Part shown: positions 1 to 10,680 of the stretch, piece by piece
Numbering within the stretch: position 1 is the stretch's first letter
Layout: each line of letters opens with the position of its first letter
Origin: Callorhinchus milii
Taxonomy: Eukaryota
Assembly (NCBI RefSeq): GCF_018977255.1
Contig: NW_024704745.1
Span: 7,254,001-7,318,000 of the forward strand
DNA: 64,000 nt
Direction of reading: 5' to 3'
Translations under genes and position numbers: made by a program
The notes under the pieces: generated by a model
What the model was told of the DNA's origin: nothing
Database searches by the model: none
What the model saw: only the letters and a program-made list of their open reading frames with translations

Positions 1-430
1 ACTGTTATTAATAAAGGCAATCTCCACACTCTGTAGACATGTACCAGTAACAAATCATTGGCCAAAAGGGAGAGCTCCCCTTTAAAGTGATCAACTTCCC
101 TCACAGGTGGCTCTTTAGTGAGTTTTACCACTCGTTCCCACCTTATTCCTTTTGGCTTAGATGGTCCTGCCTGCACAAGCAGCTTGCCTGGGTTCCCAAA
201 GGTATGCTGCAGTTTTAGCTGGTTCAACTCCTATTATATCGCAATGCACGCTCTGGGGTCTTGGTTCTTGCCTACCTGCACCTCCAGGGAGAGGGTGCAC
301 TCCATACCAGATGAATGGAAACCATTCATATGGAGTAGACTTCAACCCCACAATGGATGTGCGAAGGATGAAATAGGTTTTCAAGAGCTACAATACTTTA
401 TAGTGAGACAATGAGCTCCAAAGTCTTATG

Positions 431-463
431 GAGGGGTGGGGTGGGGGGTGGGGGGGGGGGGGG
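431..463 (+). repeat. G-rich tract with G-quadruplex potential
   Basis: gaggggtggggtgggggg...g: several G-runs ending in a long poly-G. Confidence 0.7.
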
Positions 464-548
464 AGATGTAGAGAGGACAAAGACTCTTACACTGCTGAGA
501 AACTTTTAAGTCACTGTTCAGAGACTTATCACAAAAGGAATTACTTAC

Positions 549-565
549 ACCTCAACAAGTCTTCA
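549..565 (-). CDS. APP: Candidate APP microexon B (17 nt), in frame only together with microexon A
   Basis: Sense sequence gtaatgttaacctgtccttcactccag|TGAAGACTTGTTGAGGT|gtaagt. After A it reads N-E-D-L-L-R plus T, restoring phase 1. No transcript evidence. Confidence 0.5.
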
Positions 566-757
566 CTGGAGTGAAGGACAGGTTAACATTACGAATTCTT
601 GGTGAGGCAAAAGCATACTCAGCATTTTTTAAAAAAAAGACAGATTCCTTATATAACACAATTTCCTCTCTGTTTGCAGCTTGTTCTCCCCCCCACTCCT
701 TCCCTGCAATGCAAAGCAGCTGTCTTAATTACTCAAGTCCAGCCACCGCACACTCAC

Positions 758-782
758 TTCAAACACTGCCGACCTGTTCCCA
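758..782 (-). CDS. APP: Candidate APP microexon A (25 nt), in frame only together with microexon B
   Basis: Sense sequence cgttctttcatatttctcgccag|TGGGAACAGGTCGGCAGTGTTTGAA|gtgagt. After exon 7 it reads M-G-T-G-R-Q-C-L plus AA. No transcript evidence. Confidence 0.5.
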
Positions 783-1267
783 CTGGCGAGAAATATGAAA
801 GAACGATGCACTTTAACATTACTTCACTGCACTTGGATCAGTGCAATCCACCGTGGAGAACTGCAGGAAGTGCTGGAAAAGTAGGTCAAGTGGTTCCGCA
901 CATCATGGGTTTACATCTCCGACACGCAACTTTGTTTTAAGCAGAGAAGTTAAAGGTTAATAAACCAAGAGGTTAAATGCTGCAAGCAAATCCTAAAATC
1001 TACAGAAGAGTTAAGAAGTTAGCATCCTAAAGGCAAAATTATGTTAACAAAACACACTACATATATATACAAGTGTGTAGAGAGAATTTATCAGATAGCA
1101 GCTAAACGGGAATCAGGTTAAAGAAATATCAGAGCGATGAGATCCACTACAGCAGGTGTTAGTTGGTAAGCAGTGGTACTATCCTTGTGGCTGGACAGTA
1201 GAGCTGGCTGAGGCATTCAGTGCCCAGAGCCACACAGAAACTGCAACCAGGCAATGGGTTCACTTAC

Positions 1268-1435
1268 TGACGCTGCTACAGACTGACAGACAGTACTCTT
1301 CCGAGTCGAAGTTGTTCCTGTTCCCTCCGCAGCCTCCGTAAATGAACTGTGCGCATTTTCCTTCACCAATGTCAAAGTACCACCGGGGAATCATCGCTCG
1401 GCAGGGCCCAGTCTCCGCTTGCTCAGAGCAAACTT
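1268..1435 (-). CDS. APP: APP exon 7 equivalent, Kunitz protease inhibitor (KPI) domain, 168 nt, phase 1-1 cassette
   Basis: Translates (E)[55 protein letters not shown], with six Kunitz Cys and P1 Arg. [16 protein letters not shown] identifies APP rather than APLP2. Acceptor ctttcgtattcag|AA, donor A|gtaagt. Confidence 0.98.
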
Positions 1436-4400
1436 CTGAATACGAAAGATGCGAGCATTTGTCAGTCAAGAAGAGGGAAACAAATCTGCAAATACAATCC
1501 GCCCTTACATTGTTTGGGATCTGCAGCATGTATACAAGAGCAACCTTACTTCAAAAACCTGATTGCAACAACTTGCACTTATACATCACCTGTCACACAG
1601 GGTAATGTCTCAATCCTTCAGAAGCATTTTGCAGGGTTGGCATGGATTGCAGACCAAAGTGGTGGGGGAAAAGAGAAAAAGAGTAGGAGGGAAAGATGAC
1701 TGAAAGGACGTTCAAAAAGAAAGTGATTGAAAACATGGGATAAAGGCTGTGAGGTTAGGGATTTTGGACAGGTGTTTGGATTTTGGACAAAATGCTTGTC
1801 AACTTGTTTCTCATACCTGGAGCATTTCACTGCTTTGTGTATCGCTTAAAACCAAATTGTTACCAAAGCTAAGGTACTTTTAAAGTTTACCATCTGCCAA
1901 ATAAGATTGGGCAGCAGCACCACTTGACTTCCAAGAGCAATTTATCGCTGACCCATGCAGCCAACAAATCCTCTTTAGAAGCCAAGGATGGGGGCGAATT
2001 CATAAGCCCACGCGCCCCTTTCATGCTGAGAATAGAACAGAATCTTTAACATTTTCAGCACAGGAGACGATCATTCGGCTTGTCATGTCAGTGGTGTCTG
2101 TGCTGGCTCTTTTAAGAGCAATCTTCTTCGGGCCCATTTACCTGTTCCTTCCCCCATACCCCTGGCACAAGCTGTGGTCGTGGACAGCATACTTGTGAAA
2201 AGGGAACAAGCCACACAGCCTGGGATAGCTGGAATCCCTCGGGAGCTTTGGAATCAGGTGAGACAACTGATCACCAACTAGCGCTGTGTCCTCTGTAAAA
2301 TGCGTTGCACTACTGTAATATAGATTCTGCGACAACCACACTTTTGGATACAGAATTACGTGTCACGACGACAGGCTGTAAATCGACCAGACAGCATGCT
2401 AAGCAAAGTAGGCATGGTTACACAGCTCCAAGTAGGCAGTTGCACAGCACAAGATAATCAAGAACAACTTCCACAAGCTCACAACACAGGCTGCTTGCGG
2501 CTTGACTGATCAGGAGTTGCCCTGAACGTTTCGGTCTGAATGCAACACGCGTGGTTGCGCCAGCAATCAAAGCCAAATATGAAATCTGCATGACTTCACA
2601 ATGGCTTTGCAAAAGGCTCTTTTTTTTTGGCAGGGTGCTAACTTTTCTTGTTCAGACTAGTTCCAGAGTTAAATGGTCCATCTGTCTCCGAACCAGCAAG
2701 TCAATTACCTGAACACTGTAGAATTTTATTGAAAGGTTTGGCAAGAATGGTCATGCTTCCTTCCTATCAGGTACAACCCACCCTGGCTTGGTTCCTCCAA
2801 AAATATAACGCCACACCAGTGAGAAGGATGGCATGCGAGTCAAATGTCCACAGGGAGACAGCGTGTTAAAGAAATGAATAAGAGCACATCTGCAACCGCC
2901 AGCAATCAAAGCCCAATGTTCCAACTTCACTGCACAAGCTGAGCGGCTGAGGTGAAATCAATTTCTGATCCATTCGTACGATCAAAACCTTTAAGGGCAG
3001 GGTTGAGGATTAGAATCACAATTTTATGCGTGTGTTTTCTTCCATCGGGGGGAGCATGAATTTATACTGTATTAGGCAATCAAGTCATAAACAGGGGTTT
3101 CAAAATTCCAAATAATTTCCATATTCCCTAGTTATGCTGCTATAAAAGGATCCTTAAATCAAGCACAGATGTTACTTGCAACAAACGACCTATGAAATCT
3201 GATGGCTTTAACAGGCACAAAGGAACTATTTTCAAAATTGTACTTTCTAAAATTTTGATGCTAGAAGGTTGCCTTGCTGGTGTTAATAAGACTTTGGCTC
3301 TCCCAAGCAGAGTAGGACCCATTCCGTTAATAATAAGAGCACAGTGTTATCTTCTTCCACGGGGCGCTTTCAGTCACCCAGTTACCACCGAATTCTAGTT
3401 CACTGGTAAAGGGGTGTTGCAGCATTACAAAGGGACAAACAGAGGGACAAAGTGCAGTAACAGATGTGTCAGTTTTCGTACAGCCATGTGAAAGTATTCT
3501 CTCTTTGCAACTGCAGTTTTGCTTGCAAACTTACCGAGATTTTCCAACAAATAAGTTGATGTCGCAGTGTGAAAATCGACACAAAGTTTGATCAATTCGG
3601 TAGAGCTGTTATTGTGCAGCTTGTGTAATCCACTGAAGTGGAAATCACCAGTTTAGTGCCACATATAAAATTGAGTTATTCTTGCTACTAGCCGCCCGCA
3701 ATTTGTCTTCTGCTTTTTATGCCTTTAGTTATAAGTCATTACGCTTTTATTGTAAAATGAGTAGAAATTATTGATGCTCTGCTAATCGACCAAAGGCACC
3801 GGAGAGCAGAAATCAAGCAGAAAACACAGTTATAAGTGACGGGCAGGGAAAAGATGATCAGTTTTTCATTAATCCTTTCATCAGCCTGGTTAAAAAAATA
3901 CATCTGTATTATTCATAGGCATTCGGTCTACTGCAGGGCTAAGTCATATGATGTGCGTGGGCTGCATGGCGCAGCAGATGCAACAAGGAACAGATTCTAA
4001 GAGAGGTGGAGGGGGGGGGAGAAGACTCAAATCCTCCCTCAAATGAGTTTGTTAACCCTGCCCCCCCCCCCAACTTCCCCCCACCCCCTCACACAAACAC
4101 TGGCAAACACATCCACAAGCCCCCCACTCCCAGATCCATTGCATAACACCCAATCCTCCCCCCACCCAAAAAAACCCACCATTCAGGCCCTCTCCCGCAC
4201 CCCACAATCATACATATATTCTCCGCCAAAAAAGAGCTTTCTTTCTTCACTCATGAAGGATAGCAGAGTGCAGAGGCTATGGGCGAATCGGCACTGTAAT
4301 GATGGAAGGTGACCCACCGCTCTCCCCCCGTACACACACACACACACATCGATATGTCATTGAGTGTCTCCGCTGTTCCACTTTAGAAATGGGGAGGTGG

Positions 4401-4719
4401 AAAGAAAGAGTAAAACGAGCAAAGTGGCTTCCAGTGCATCTCGACGAGAAAGGATCATAACTTGGGTGGGGAGGGGAAATAGGGAATGCTGAGGTCATGC
4501 TAATGTGACCCCTTTACTCCCGCATCCTCCCATCACCATCACAAAAAAATCCTCCTGTTGATGAGTTCCTCATCTCAGCTGGAGCAAATCTGTATCAAGA
4601 CATCAACCACAGGGGTATGAGGGAAGGATCAGGTAAAGGGGCCTGAAGAAGATTGCTCTTAAAAGAGCCAGCACAGACACGATGGAACCAATGCCATTCT
4701 TCAGTACTGCAAATTTAAA

Positions 4720-5198
4720 TATAGAAAAAATATAGAACTATAGAAACAGGAGAAGGCCATTCAGCCCTTCGAGCCATTCTATAAGATCATGGCTGATTAG
4801 CATCTCATGTCCAATTACCTGCTTTTGCCTCATATCCCTTTATACCCTGACGTAACAAGTATCTATCCACCTCAGTCTTGAAAATGTGAAAAGATCCAGC
4901 ATCAACAATCTTTTGGGGGAGAGAGTTCCAGATTTCCACTACCCTTTGGGTGAAAAACTGCCTCTTGATTTCACTCCTGAATGGCTTAACTCTAATTTTA
5001 AGATTATGCCCCCTTGTTCTGGATTCCCCTACCAGAGGAAATAGTTTCTCTGTATCTACCCTATCGAATCCCTTTATTATTTTGAAAACCTCAATCAGAT
5101 CACCCCTCAACCTTCTAAACTCAAGGGAATAGAGACCAAATTTATGCAACCTGTCCTCATAATTTAAGCCCTGGTATTATTCTGGTGAATCTGCGCTG
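4720..5198 (-). mobile_element. CR1-clade LINE 3' fragment (end of ORF2 and 3' UTR)
   Basis: ORF 4805-5149 GLYSLEFRRLRGDLIEVFKIIKGFDRVD...RTRGHNLK...FFTQRVVEIWNSLP is the typical CR1 ORF2 C-terminus. It is followed by ggctgaatggcct and a short ttctat-type tail. Confidence 0.9.
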
Positions 5199-5389
5199 CA
5201 GTGGGGGCTGTGCAGATTCCGCTCGTGGGAGGAAAGAGGCAGAGCACTTAAAAAAAAATGATGCCTTTGAGAAAAGCAATAGGCTAAAATACCCTCCAGA
5301 TTTTGAATATGTTGCAATTAAGGGTCCCTATTGAACCATCTCAATATGCATGTACAGCTGCAGTGATTTACTTACACACTGTTTAACAA

Positions 5390-6047
5390 TAATAGTGTCA
5401 TTTGATATGGCATCCTGTCACGCTGAGATGGCTCAATGGGTTTCCATGGAATTTCCTGTAGTGTAGTGACTGTACATTTGTAGGGAAATGCACCAGCCAA
5501 TTTGCGCATAGCAATATCCCACAAACAGCCATGATGTAACCAACCAATTTTGTTTAGTCAATTGTTGTCCAGAACACCAGGAGAAACTCCCTACTCTTCT
5601 CAAATATGGGGTCTTAATCAATAGCAACAACTTGCACTTACATAGCGCCTTCCAGAGCCGGGGGGGGGGGGGGGGGGGGTGTGGCTGTAAGCATGGTTGA
5701 AGAGGAAGATCTTCAGGCAGGTCTTGAAAAAGGAGAGAGAGGGGGCAAGGCCAAGGGATTGAGGGAGAGTGTTCCAGAGTTTAGGGATGTAGTGGTTGAA
5801 AGAGTGACCTCCGATGGTGGGGCGGATGGTGCGAAGGACAAACAGGATGCCCCAGGAGCAATCATCCACCTGAGGCAGATGGAACCACTGTTTAATGTCT
5901 AATCTGAAGGAAGGTATCTCCAACAACACAGTGCTCCCCCAGCACTGCATGGGAGCATGAGATTGTGAGCTCAGAATCCCTACAAGAGGCTTGAAATCAC
6001 CACCTTCTGACTCAGATGCGTGAATGCTCTCAACGGAGCCAGGCTGA
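5390..6047 (-). mobile_element. Deu-domain tRNA-derived SINE interrupted by an L2 3' fragment (about 5619-5855)
   Basis: SINE head and Deu core lie at 5862-6047 and the 3' half at 5390-5615. Between them is an L2 3' end (RPTIGG..KLWNTLP..FKTCLKIFLF) with a GTT-type tail. Confidence 0.7.
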
Positions 6048-6677
6048 CTGTTTAATGAATGAAAAAGACAACTACTGAGTAAGAAAAATCTAGATGCAAA
6101 TTTAATAAAAGTTATTCCATTCCTCCCCCACCTCCCCACCCATGATTTTGTTTGTGAGATTAGTGGCCAGGGTTAACCTAGCCATTCAAACACAGTTGTT
6201 AGGTTTGATTACCGTTCTGATCCTACAGGCCTGTGAGCAACCCCAGAACAGGGCAAACCTATGCAATCAAAATTGGTAGCCATCAAAACAAATGCTTCAC
6301 GTAAGTTAGTGTCAAACCCTCCTTTCAACTCCCCTACCTCCTCGGACACAATTGGGAAAAAACTACTGATTGAGTCATTTGAAACTTGCATTTTCCAACG
6401 AACATACATTTGAACATTAACGCTTGGATTAAGTCAACATCGTGAATTTCAGCCCTCTCCCGCCCCCATAAATACCTCAATTCCCAGATTCAAATATGTC
6501 AAACCTGAATGGGATGTGGCCCTTATTAGATCCATCTTGTTAGCCACCAAATATTTTGAAGAACTACAGGCCACAATTATCCCTTGTATATTTGTTTGTG
6601 ATCCCATTCATTGGGTTAACCTTACACCACCCATTTCAAAGATGTAAACTTCAATGTGCTTATTTAGCTCCAATTAC

Positions 6678-6853
6678 CTCGCACTACTTCCTCAATGGCC
6701 TCTGTGGTGGTTGTGGTGCTGCTGGTGGTGTGTTCAGTGGGGTCCTCATACTGATCATCATCTTCATCATCCTCGTCCTCCTCCTCATCATCATCATCCT
6801 CGATGTCCACCTCTTCCTCCTCATCCATGGGCTCCTCTTCGATCACTTTGTCC
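6678..6853 (-). CDS. APP: APP exon 6 equivalent (acidic domain and Thr-rich tract), 176 nt, phase 2-1
   Basis: Translates DKVIEEEPMDEEEEVDIEDDDDEEEDEDDEDDDQYEDPTEHTTSSTTTTTEAIEEVVR. Acceptor ttctgtttcag|G, donor CGAG|gtaatt. The frame joins exons 5 and 7 correctly. Confidence 0.95.
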
Positions 6854-7189
6854 CTGAAACAGAATTGAGAACCGTGTTACTACAGCTTGTTGAGTTTCTA
6901 GTAAACAAAAATGATATCCTATTCGATAAATTACAGTTGCGTCTTAAGATGGTGTTAGCTCCTCTGCTGGAGCTATCCGTTCAATTCACAAATGCCTGCT
7001 TTTTACACTCCCCCTCATGTTGCTCTTCAAATACAATTCCCTTTTAGATATCGTTCTGCTCTCAACTTGAGAATGACTTGTGGCAAAGCATTCCAAGTTC
7101 AGACAACCCAAGGCATGAAACTCCTAAACTCACCTGCATTTCCTCCAGTGACAATCTGATTGCATAATAATAATCCTTGCATTATTGCA

Positions 7190-7400
7190 ATAATCTGGAA
7201 TGCACTGCTTGAAAGGGTGGTGGAAGCAGATTCGATAATAGCTTTGAAAGGGAATTAGATATTTAAAAAGGAAAAAATTGCAGGGCTATGGGGTAAGAGC
7301 GGGGAAGTGGGACTAGTTGGTGGCTCTTTCAAAGCGCTGGCACAAGCATGATGGGCTGAATAGCCTCCTTCTACGCTATACAATTCCACGATTCTATGAT
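7190..7400 (+). mobile_element. CR1 LINE 3' end fragment
   Basis: tggaatgcactg..gggtggtggaagcagattc..gatgggctgaatagcctcctt..ttctatgatt. Similar copies are at about 36445-36640, 45640-46040, 48550-48930 and 21210-21610. Confidence 0.75.
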
Positions 7401-8553
7401 TTGATATTGCATCTTTCACGTCAGGAGAATGCCTCAAAGTGCTGCACAGGATTTATTGCAAGCTCCTATGTACAGCTTCCATCCATGCATATTTCAGAGC
7501 TACTCTAACACTCCCATTAACCAGTCAGAGCAAAGGAATTTAACTCCCGAGTGCAACCTATCCGTAAAAAAGGAAACGGTCATAAAAATACACAAATAGA
7601 AACAATGTTTACTTTAGACTTACATACTTTGGCACGTCCCCCGGATGTGAAAGGCACTATATAAATGTAAATTGTATTGCATGGACTCTATGCCAGGTAG
7701 CAGTACATGAACTGCAGTTTGCTCAATCAAATTAAATGGGTTATTCCCACTGGCAAGGTCATAAATACAAAGGCAGCATAGAAGGCCATCTGTGTCTGTG
7801 CAGCGTTGCCTCCTCAATGACACATTGATCTAATCCCATTCCTCCTACTGTTTCCCAATTGTACATGTGCTAGCGCTAGCTACCCCCACTGAAGCCATCG
7901 ACTCTAAAGCCCTTCCCCCTGCTCTTGCCCCATTGTGCCTGTGTCGTGCTGGACCCACTGGAGCCATCGACTCTAATCTCCTTTCCGTGAAGCTTTCACC
8001 ATCACCTTTAATTTTAAGCTTCGAGCGTTTAACTAATTTTTATTAAGTCTCACAATTGACACAGCTTCAACAGCCATTTACACCGAGGAAATTCCACATC
8101 ATAAAAATTTATTAATCAAATGGAAAGAGACAAAAAGAATCATTAATTCTTTGTCCTTTGATATTTTGGAACTGTTTAGATAGAAAATGTGTTTCTCCCC
8201 CCTCACACAAAGCTAAATTTATTTCTATACATTTCTCACCAATTTTTGCCCGACTCTTTTGACAATGCTAAATCTTTTCGGGGAGTAAGACCCATTCAAA
8301 CCACAGGGCAATCCTTCAGTACCTTGCCTGAATGGCGATTGCACAAGGGTGAACTTGGATTGCAGCTGAATGCATTGCATCTGAGCACAATCTGATTCTG
8401 TACATATGTCCACACAGGTTACTGCACCAGATGAGTTGAAATCCTAGTTTTTTTTTGCCTTCCCCAAAAATAAATAAAGCAATCCCACAAATTTGAATAG
8501 TCTGGCAATGACTAGAATGGCAAGGACAAGATGACACAGAACACAGTCTAGAC

Positions 8554-8763
8554 CAGTGGTGGCCAAACTCTGGTCTGCAGGGTCAATAAGGAGCACCCCC
8601 ACACCCCCCCCCCCCACCCACCGAGTCTAGTTAAGGCCATGTTCGATCTCTTGTGTGTTTTGTTTTTTCTTGATTGAATATTCTTGATTGATGGCATAAA
8701 TCAAGGAATATTCAACAAAGAACGTTTAGTTTGTTAGGTGCACATAACGGTTCGCCACCACGG
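8554..8763. mobile_element. hAT (Charlie-like) MITE, 210 bp
   Basis: TIRs CAGTGGTGGCCAAAC / GGTTCGCCACCACGG. The 8-bp TSD is GTCTAGAC (8546-8553) / GTCTAGAA (8764-8771), fitting the NTCTAGAN target preference. Confidence 0.8.
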
Positions 8764-8814
8764 GTCTAGAAAGTACTGATACACACTAATCACAAGAATC
8801 AAGAAAACAGTGAA

Positions 8815-9180
8815 TAATAATCATTGCATTTTATAAAGATTCTATGTCAAGGTCAATGAAAACATGTCAAAGCTCTTCATAGTATTTCTGTAAGGTGTAC
8901 TGACTGTGTACTTTGTAGGAAAATGTAGCAGCCAATTTGCGCACAGCAATATCCCATAAACAGTCATAAAGCAAATTTTATCTGGGGGGCGGGATTGTTG
9001 GCCAGGACACCGGGACAAACTCCCTTCTCTCTTTGAATGATACCATGGAATCTATAACATCCACCTGACAGGCACAGACAGGAACTCGGTTTAACGTCTC
9101 ATCCAAAGCACGGAACCTCTGACAATGCACTGGAGTATCAGCCTAAATTAGGCGCTCAAAGTGCTGACACGGGGCTTGTC
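8815..9180 (-). mobile_element. Deu-domain SINE (SacSINE1/AmnSINE-like)
   Basis: The reverse complement contains ggatgagacgttaaaccgag..caggtgga..gggagtttgtcccggtgtcctggcc..gctgtgcgcaaattggctgc and an ATT-type tail. Confidence 0.8.
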
Positions 9181-10455
9181 TTAAAAGCATTGGTCTTTGC
9201 AAATAAAATTACAAAAAGATGTACAATTCCAGTTTCAGTAGCAACTTGTGGTGATGACTTTCACACGTCGCATTGAGTGCAGCAGCTATCTGCTACTAGT
9301 GGTATGATACCTTATTTATTTCTTGAGTAATTAATGGTTTAGTGAAGCCTGACGGGAGCTGCTATTAAGCTGTTCTGGCCATCTGTCACTGTAAGTATTA
9401 GATAACATTAATACCTTGGTTTGAATATTTACTTCTGTGTAGACAGTGTAAAGTGTGACATTTTTGGCTGCTCAAACATTTTCAAAACAGCAAAGATTTA
9501 ATTTTATGTGAAACAATGCAGGACTTCAGATGAATGTTGCAATGGCAAGCAAATAGGATCTAGGGAAGAATGTTCAAGTGAACAAGCCTGCTCTCCTATT
9601 TTATTAGCTGGTGGTAGATGCCTGTTCAGGTCAACATTAAAGATCTCATGGCATGATTTGAAAAGAGAAAGGAATTTCTCCCGGAGTTCTGGCTAACTAT
9701 CCCCCAAATAAAATTGATCACTCACTGCGTGGCCATTTGTGGGACACTGTAGTAAGCAAATTTAAGATGCCCTGACAACATGATTTATCAAATGCAAGGA
9801 TTATCTATGTGGGGGTAAGGAAGATGAGAATAGTTCTGACGGTGGTCTATTACTCATTCCCCCCTCTCTCCAACCCAAGCCTTCTGCCGCTATGTTCCTG
9901 TTCTTTGCGACTCTCTCCCCAAATTCTCCCCAACATCCTTCAAAATGTTCCTTAAAAACGTAACTCTTCAACGGCGTCTTTGGTCAACACCCTCAACGTG
10001 ACACTGAAATCTTATGGCGGACGGTGCAAGGCAACAAAACACATCAATCATTATCTCAAATTAAATCCTGGCTCTTTCCTGCAAAGCATTTCATCATGTT
10101 TGCAGCTGAAATAAGCAAAAAAAAATTCTAAATGTTCAATGCTCCTACAGGCACTGATTATACTTAACAGGATGCAAGAGGATTTTCTCAAATGAACAGG
10201 ACCGAGTGAAGTACAGAAGAATCCCTTAACAATAGGAGAACATCTCTGCAGCAGCTGAATTGAATGAATCAAGCAAAGCCACATTTGCAAGCCTTAAAAA
10301 AAAACAATGGGAGAAAAATACTGTCCAGGTTTTATCCCAGGATTACTGAAAACAATTTTAAATCCTACTTTCAGAAGTGTTCGTCTTGTTTTAAACCGTA
10401 TTTGAACCTTTGCGCAACTTGTCAAAGGTCGCAACCCAGTTAAAAGTGTTCACTG

Positions 10456-10680
10456 GCTTGAAATTCTACCCAGTTTTAGTCTGTGTCAGCTTTTTTTCCT
10501 AAAATTTAAGATTGGTAAAATGTAAGAATCATGGAAAATTCTTAAATTTAGTCTCCATTGGAATGCTAGCTTTCAGCAACTCTTAAAAGCAAACCGACTT
10601 GCAAATTGAAACTAATTTTAAGAATTTCCCACAGTTTTTAAATTTTAAGATAAAACGGGTACCAGATCGAATTTTGGGCC
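10456..10680. mobile_element. Fold-back (palindromic) MITE-like element
   Basis: Ends are ggcttgaaattc / gaattttgggcc. The internal inverted pair is ggaaaattcttaaatttagtctccatt / aattgaaactaattttaagaatttccc. A related copy is at about 33105-33340. Confidence 0.55.

Noticed and set aside
485-565. Alternative donor (gtaaga at 485-490) extending microexon B to 75 nt
   Set aside because: The extension hits a stop codon both after microexon A (TAA) and directly after exon 7 (TGA).
6556-7047. 163-aa plus-strand ORF with a long hydrophobic stretch, and the His/Pro-rich ORF 6654-6857
   Set aside because: These are antisense shadows of the GAN-repeat APP exon 6, not independent genes.
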